The notes below the pieces were generated by a model, which was not told the DNA's origin, did no database searches, and saw nothing but the letters and a program-made list of their open reading frames with translations. A stretch of DNA of 64,000 nt from a virus (taxonomy: Duplodnaviria; Caudoviricetes): the IMG/VR virus record IMGVR_UViG_3300020050_009955, positions 35,356-99,355 of that record; one strand, 5' to 3'. The position numbers and the translations under genes are program-made. Of the stretch, positions 11,601 to 20,600 are shown piece after piece (the first letter of the stretch is position 1; every line of letters begins with the position of its first letter).

Positions 11601-14600
11601 TACTGAACTCGTTATTCTCCTTTGCATTAGTAGTAACTACAATGTTCGGTAATTTACCCGGACTCAACGCGTATGATTATAGAGATAAAGTAATAACTAC
11701 TGAATCTATAAGTTCTCAATTTATAGAAAGTAAAATTAAAAATTCTGAAGTATATCAACAATTAACGGAAGATGGTAAAATTATATTAATTAACCAAGCT
11801 AAATTAAAAAGTGATAAACCATTTATTCTTGTAGATAAACCAACAGCTACTGCATATATCTTTAATAAAGATGGTGTATTACAGAAATCATTTCCTGTAG
11901 TATTAGGAGCAGCCATAGGCGATTCTGCAAATCAAGCAGACGTTAATTCTACTAGACCTGGAAAATACGCAACAACTCCCGCAGGTAGATATAATTTAAA
12001 ATATGGCGGAGGTAGTGAAGAAGACTATATTAATTATCACAACAAAGCGTATTACCTAACGGATAGTAAGACTGGTAAACTTGCAAAAAATGGAGTATCA
12101 CTACATATTGTTTATCAAGGAGAATTAGAGAAAAGAACAAAGGCTCTTAATACGCCAACTCCAAACGATAATAGATTATCTTGGGGTTGTGTAAATGTTG
12201 ATGAAAAAATTTGGGATGAATCTATAGCACCTATAGTGGATAGTGGTTTAGATGTCATAATTACTAGAGATTTTCAAACAACTCCTTTCTTATCATTTTC
12301 TAATGATACTTCTACAACAAATCGGATAGACGGAAGAGTAGCAAATATTATATCTGACTTGGAATTGAATAAAGCAAGTCTAGATTATGAATACTCAGAA
12401 AGAGCTCTTGAAACCTTATTAGACAGAGCTCGAAAAGTTATGACTGATAACAGAGATATTATTAAAAAATATCAAGATAAAATTAATAGTAATGCGAAAG
12501 AAAGAACATCATTACTAAAAGAATTAAAAAAATTAAAGAAAAATTTAGAACCGCAAGTAGAGGAGCCAAAACAGACCCCTAAACAAAGAGTTGATTCTTT
12601 TTCTCTAAAGGCTAGGAAATATATTAGTGAACATGGATGGTCCATGGAACCTTCCGAATTAATTAGATTTAATGAATTTTTAGAGAAAGTTGAAAAGTTT
12701 AAAGTTCCAGGAATGGCTGTTAAATACATTGAAAAAGTATTACCTACTTTTAATACTACAAACAAGTTATTCCATTTAAACTTCTCAACAACTTTAGGAG
12801 CTGATTCCCAAAGCACCTCTCCAGATAGTACTTTCTTAAAAGTTGCTAATCAAGGACTTATGTCTCTAACTAAAGAATTTGGTGGATCTGTAGCTCTTTT
12901 AAATGAAGCATTATTCCAAACTAGAAAGTCTGTTTATGAGGCTATGAATGGTAATACCTTAACAGGATTAGCAGATCCTATTAGTTTTCAAAAAGCTAAA
13001 GGTATAGCTTATAAGAATTTGTCTGAAGATGCAGGAAATATGGTTCAACAGTTTCTAATTACATTAGAAAACTCTGGACCTCTTATTAATTCATTAAATA
13101 TAGATTCTATACAAAAAGCTGTAAGAGTATTTGAAGAGAAAAGACAAGCACTATCTTTACTAGATGAGGGTACAGATTTATATAATGACACTGAAACTAT
13201 TGTTGAAACTTTAAATAATATTATTCTTCAATATAGAACACCTATTTTAGCTTTAGAGAAGATGGCTAATGATAAGAGTATATTTTTTAAATTATTAAAT
13301 CAAGTATTTAATAATTGGACAGTCTTTGAATTGACTCCTGAAGATGAGCAAACTGAAAAAGATCAAGCAAACTTAGCCAATGAAATTCAAAATAACGAAG
13401 AAGTTAACATAATAGAATCATTCTCTACAGAAGTTAAAAATTTCTTATCTCTAATACCTATAAGAGATGAAAATGATAGGATAGTTAGTTTTGTTATGCC
13501 TAAAACTGCAATAACATTCTTGGCAGAATTATTACACGATGATATAGATTTATATAGTGTAGAATCTACAAGACAACTAAGAGTATCTTTAGTTACCATG
13601 CAAAGAAATGGAATTATAGATAAATCTAAAAAAGCAATTTTAGATAAACTTATACAGACTATTGAGAGATTTAACCTATCTCAAAATGAAGTTGTAACAA
13701 GAGATAAACAAGGCAGGGAAACAGGTAGAAAGATAGAAAATATTTTACCTAAAACTACTACAATATTTATAGACTACTTTGGTGATCATTTAGATGCAAT
13801 TAATATTCCAGTATATCTTATTCAAGCTGTAGATCCAGCAGATTCTTTAGATCTTACAGGAATGAGTCATAAAGAAGCTGTATATGAGTATGGTGATAGA
13901 GTTACTGTAACTAAGTATGCAGATATGGAAACTTTATTAAAAGCAAATCCTGAGGCTAATCAAGATTTACTAAAAAAGATGTATTATATTCATCAAGCAT
14001 ATAATGATTTAACAAATATTAAAGTATACTTAGGTAGCTTAATGAATGTAAATTATATTCAAGGTTCTGAAGATTCTTACTCCACGGGTTATGGTGAGGA
14101 AAGAATTCTAGATAGAAAAAGTTCATTAACTAGAGTTAGTGGTTCTAATATTTTAAATAAAAGTAAAAATCAATTAGCTAATCTATTAATAGATATCTTC
14201 TCAGGTTCTGCTTTTAGAATGAATGGTAAGGTAGTAACTGTAAATAAGAGTAATGTTAGGGACGTATTTTCAGGATTAATAAATAAATTATCAACTGATC
14301 CACAAAGTGGTGTTTTAGAATTACTGAAAATATTAAATAGTGCTAATCTTTTAAATTTTGATGATAGTGTAAAATCAACAATAGCTTACAATGAGTTAAT
14401 TAAAAATATTGCTACATCATTTGTAGAATTATATAATAAAGTTTTAGATGATAAAGAAGTTTTAAATAGAATCTTCGAGTTAAATAATTCAGAAGATAAA
14501 CTAAATGAAACACAAATAGATCAACGTAGAGAACTTAATGCTTTATTTTATAGAGATGTAAAGTTTGATGCACTTGCTGTAAGTTTTAGACAATTAGCTA

Positions 14601-17600
14601 AAGCTCATGTGGAAGTTAGAGGTTTTAATTCTATTAAAACTGTAGATGGAAAACGTTTAGCATCGTTTATTCCTACTTCTACCTTTAGAGAAGTATTGAA
14701 AGATTATAGAAGATATAAAGAAGGAAAAACTTCTAGATTTTTGAATTCAGAATTTTTTGGAGAAAACATATTTTTAAATGGCGTAAACTCTATTAAAGAT
14801 ACTACAACACGTTTCTATGCTTTAGAAAGTGGGAGATATATTTATAATGCTACTGGGCTATCAGCAGCTAAAAAAGTTAGTATAGCTTTTAATGACGCTT
14901 TTATTTCATCTATAGCAAATACTGATGTTTATTTCCAAATGATATACCAACAAGGAGAAGCTACTAAACCAGAAATGCCACAAGTATCATTCCTTAAATA
15001 TGAAGGAATAGAAAAAGCTTTAGACTCTATGTTAAAACAACTTTTGGTTTTGGATACAGATCAAGTTGCTCAGAAAAAATATCAGAAAGAACATAGGCTG
15101 AATTTCTCGTTATATGAAAATGCTAAAAAGGATTTAGGTAAAGAAGATTCTTCTTTAAGTGATGCTAATTATAGAAAACAATTAGTAGATCATATGATTA
15201 AGCAATTATTTTCTAGAGCTCAAGAAATGAGAAAAGGTCTAAAGTCATCTCAGATTCCATTAACAGGAAATCTAAGAAAAGCATACACTAAGGTAAAAGC
15301 TTCTTATGTTGATAGTAGAAGTAATACAGCATTAGCTTCAGTATTAGATTTTACACAATTGGCGGAAAATTTGGATGACTACTATCCGCATAGTACTAGC
15401 TTTAAAGATAGAATCTACCCCGATGATAATGAATTAGACTTAATTTTATTTAGTTTTGTAGCTAATAATTATGTTAACTCTTTTGGTTTAAGTCAATTAG
15501 CTTATGGGGATTTTAATATGTATGGAGATATTGAAACTCTAGTTAAGAGAGCTCAGATGAGTGCATCTCCTGGATATCTTCCATTAATACATTCAAAATA
15601 TGGTGTAGAGAGGTATGCTAATATCTTAATGGGTACGGATGTCGAAACACCTGGTTCTGAGTATATGAAATTATTAGGAAATTTTAATTTATCTGCAAGG
15701 GAAATAGAAGAAATTAGAGATCAATTACGTGATGGAGATAAATTCGATTCTATAGAGAGAACAGATGGTGTAGTATTTGTGACTCCAAGATACTTTGCAA
15801 AATTACAAAAATCTTTTGGATCTGGATTGAACTTAAGGAATGTAATGAAAGACCAAGCTTTTGGCTGGTCTGAAGAAATTATCGCAGATAAAGAACATTA
15901 CTTTGCAACTAAAGAGGAATTATATAAATATCTTAAAGAGACAAAGGGTTTAGAGAAACCTATTCAAAATACACACTATATAGAAGAACTTGCTGAAGGA
16001 TATAAAGATGTTATATCTGGCTATTATCCAACAAAAGTTAAGATGCAACCAGTTGGATTAAAGAATGCTATGGTTGTTCTAGATGAGGCATTTATTCAGC
16101 AGAATAGTGCAAGTAGAGAACAATTAACTAAGCTTAAAAAATTATTAGATACTGCAGAAGTCAATGGTAAAAACATAGATATGCTAGTATTTAAATCATC
16201 TAATAAAGTAGGAGCAGAATCTACTCATAATATATTTGATAATGATGGAAAATTAATAGAAAATTCTGAGCAAAATATCGAAGATTCTATCATTAAGTTG
16301 GATATGTCTTTGTTTAAAATCCAATACAATCCGCATTCAGAAGATACTACAACAGCAGTACCTAGACAATTATTACATTTTGCTAATACTATTGTAGATT
16401 CACCTAATAGTCCCGAAGCGCAAGAGTTGTATTCAACTTTAGCATCTATACAAAATCTTTCTTATTTAAATAAATTTGGTTCTTATGATTTAGATATGTC
16501 TACTATACGTGGAATGTTTGAATCTACAGTGCAAAAAGGAGATGAGAATTTTGTTATCCTTTCTGGTATAAGTGCTGGGTTACCATTAGATCACCCATCT
16601 TTAGCAGTTAAGGCTATATCATCTTTAGGATCTACTTTAAACTCTATAGCTTCTAGAATTAGAGTGCCTGGAGGGAAATTGATACTAAGATCAGATATAG
16701 GTTATGAATTAAAGGATGGAAAAACAAAAAGAAAATTAACTATAGGGACTAGTGAACTAGGAACTCCTTATGCAGAAGCTGTTATTCCTGCACATTTCTT
16801 AACATCTGCGCAAAAAGACGCTATAGCTTCAGGTAAACCTTTATTTATAATACCAGAGATGTTTGGATTTAGAATACCTTCTGGAGATATGAATGCAGGA
16901 TTAATGATAAAGGTTGTTGATTTCTATGAAACTGAAGGTAGATCTAATATTGCAATACTTCCAGATTTAGAAATCTTTAAACAAGGTTGGGATTTTGATG
17001 TGGATGCTCTATTTTTACTAAACTTTGCAGAGCTAGATAAAGATTATTCTATAGGAAAATTAAATCTCACCAAAGGTTCTCTACCTGGATTTGAATTATC
17101 TAAAGATGGTAAATCTGTTTATAATATTCTAAATGGTGACAGCTTCGAAGAATTTGAAAAAGACTTAATAGCTGAAGTTAAAAGTGCTAATAATAGAATA
17201 GATAGTATAGAAAATAAATTACAAAGCTTTAAAACAGCAGAATCTAAAGAATCTTTAGAATATAAAGAATTAAGTAGTAATCTTAGACGTGAAAAGAAAG
17301 CAATAAAAGATTTAAATAAAATTAGAATTACTGCTCTAAAAAACAGATTTGTAAGAGGATTCTTTATGCTATATAATAATCCTAAAAATGCTGGTAGGAT
17401 ATTAGATGTTACTACAACAAAAGTTATTGACAATGCTATAGCTATGTTACGTAAAGACGGTCTATACGACGAAACTCCAAGTATGGATCTATCATTCCTA
17501 GAAGACAATATAGCTCAGTATTTAAATGTAAATGAAGCATCTAAAGCCATAGGTATCTATGCTAAGGGTTCTAGTGTAAATGCATACATAGGACACGCAG

Positions 17601-20600
17601 GTCAATTGGGCACTAACAATAGACCACAAATTGGTGAGGAGATGCAGTTCACTATGAATGGTGTTTTAGTAGATAGGATTGATCCTGTAACATATGCATT
17701 TGGTAAGAAGACTTCTGCTTATACTTTAAATAATAAACTTCTAAATGCATTCTTAGATGCATTAAAAAATCCAAAGATTTTTACAATAGGTTTTAATGGA
17801 GCTAATGCTAATTTAGTAGATTCGGCTCTATCTGTAGGTGGATTGAATTTTGAAGATGTAGTATTGATGTTTAATCACCCTTTAATAAAAGAAGCCTTTA
17901 AGAAAAGATCTTTCAATGATTTAATGAAAGAGGTTGAAAAATCAGTTGTAGACGCTGAAGGTAAGTATAAAGAAAGTTTCTTAAAATTAGCAGTTACAAC
18001 TAATGATTTAAAAGAAGCATATAAAATACATAAAGCAAATTTACTTTCAGAAGTAGCTATAGCTAAAGATGATACTGCAGATGCTACTTTTAAACAGAGT
18101 GATGATGATGCTTTACAAACTTCAGAACAAATACCATCATCTGAAGAAACTACATCAGAAGGATTCAAGCAAGAAGATAATTTAGGACTTGATACAGATG
18201 ATGCACTAACAAAGATGTTACAAGTATTGCTAAAAATACATAAGATATCAGGTCAAAAATTCAAATACATAGCATTAATTAATAATGCACAAGACAAACC
18301 TTCTTCACTTTCTGATATATTTAAATGGGAAACAGACATTAAGAAATTATTTAATGAAGAATTTTTAGAAGATTTAGTAAGCAAAGCAGCAATCTTAGAT
18401 TCTAAGAAAACTGTAGATGATTTATATAAAAATTTAAAAAGTTTAATAGGTGACCTTAGAGAAAAGAATTCTAAGAAAACTATTTTGGCTCCAGATGTAC
18501 AATTTGATACTGAAAAGATCTTAGAAAAAACCCCTCATTTAATTGTATCTCTAATGCAAACGTTGATTCATATAGAAAATTTAAAAAAGAATTTTGCTAT
18601 TCTTTCTCCAAATGCATTAGCTGTTGCAGGTTCATTCTTACCTACTTTAGATGCCCAGAGAGCTGATTCTAATTCCGCAAAAATGTTATCTGTATATACA
18701 TTATCAGACATGCTAATATCTAGTTTTGTTTCTGATTTAATTAATACAAGAGGAGCTACTATTAGTAAATATAATTCTAAAGAATCTGAATTAAGCAGAA
18801 GATCTTATGAGGGTATTGCAGCATTTAACCATAAATTTGCGCAGAAAATAAAAGCTGTTGAAGAATTAGAATCTAAATTACAGTTAAAGAATAAATACTT
18901 TAGAAAAAATATATTCCTAGAACATATTCTCGTAAATATTGGTAATCTAATTCAAGTAAAAGCTTCTGAAGCATATTCTATAGCAAATTTTGAAAGTGTT
19001 GATTATTTCACAGCATTTAATAATCTATCTAGATATGCATTTGAAGAAGTGTTAGATGAGAATGGAAACTTTGTTGGATATTCAGCTTATGAAGATTTTG
19101 CACAAACTGAATCTTCTTTACAGCAAGATTTTGTAACATATGCCACATTTAAATATGGACTTAGAGCTGCAGGAAATAATTACATAGGGGCTATAGCTCC
19201 TGAATACTTAGCTAAATATACTAAGTTTATAAATAGGATGTATAAAATTTGGTTAACACGTAATCCAGATGTATCTAATCTTAAAGATCTATTTAAAATA
19301 TATGCAGGATTAAAATATTTCAAATCAGTTCCTACTGTAGCTAAGTACACAAAAGATGATACTGGTAATTACGAAACAACTCTTAGAGATAATAAAGATG
19401 GAGTATTCACTACAGCTTTAAAGAACGAGCTAAGAAAAGAATTTGGTAGAGATTTTTATTTTGACCATGCAATTATGTATGATTCTAAAAATGCTACACC
19501 TGATCTCTTTCTAAGACTCAATGATGAGAAGAATATTCAGAAGCAAAAATTTTTAGTGCGAGTAGCTGTACTAAAAGAAGGTGGACAAAAGGCTGTTGCA
19601 TTATATCAAAAGATATCTCATGGTGAAACTTTACTAACACAAAGACCTTATAAAATAGCAGATCACTTTTTAACAGATAAGCCAACTATGAAATTTATAC
19701 CTAGTGTTGGGTATTTCATACATGATGAAACTGTTTTGGATTCTGAAGGAAATCAAGTAGCAAATGAGTTCTCTGTACCTTATAATAAAGAAACACATAA
19801 AGATCATAACTTAGCCCCACAGATTTATGGTACTTATTATGATGATGTTTTAAGACATAATTTATCTCTATTGGAATTAGTTAATTACGAGACTTATAAG
19901 GAAGATAATGTATTAAAATTTAGGGTTGTTCAATCAGATATAGGGTATAGGAATTTTGATGAGAGTACAAATAGGTACACTGATTCTAAGCAAACACAAG
20001 ATGAAATAAATCAAAAGGATGTTAAACTTAGAAGACAATATTTTGCTATGCAAAAAGCTCCTATTGATTATTTTGATATATCAAAAGGATCTAGATATTT
20101 TGGACCTAATAATGTATTAGTACATATGACTAATGAGGTAAATATACCTCTTAACAAACAAGCTAAATTAGCACATTTCTCTAACAGAGATGGTAAACTT
20201 TCTGGAAAGAGGAAGAAATTGTCACAAATGGATTATTCTGAAATAGGAACAACTAATAAGTTAGTAACAGGCAAGAAAGGATTTGGTTTCCCTCTTGTTG
20301 TTAATCAAACAAACGATTCTAAGAATCCTACCAAAGAGTTTAATGCTTCAAAATCTACAATAGTTAAAAGTTTAAGACTACTATTTACTGAAGCAAAAAA
20401 TAATCCTGATAAGATTTTCCAAATGGTATTTAATGATGTAGCAGATGGATCTAAATTGACTCTAGCTGAGTTTGCTTCTTATATTGTAAATGCAAAAGTT
20501 CCAATACCTTCTAACATATTCATGAATCCTAAGCTATATAATGAAGTAAAAAGATTATCTGATATACAAAGAGAAGATAAATTAGTAACCCCTAAAGAGA

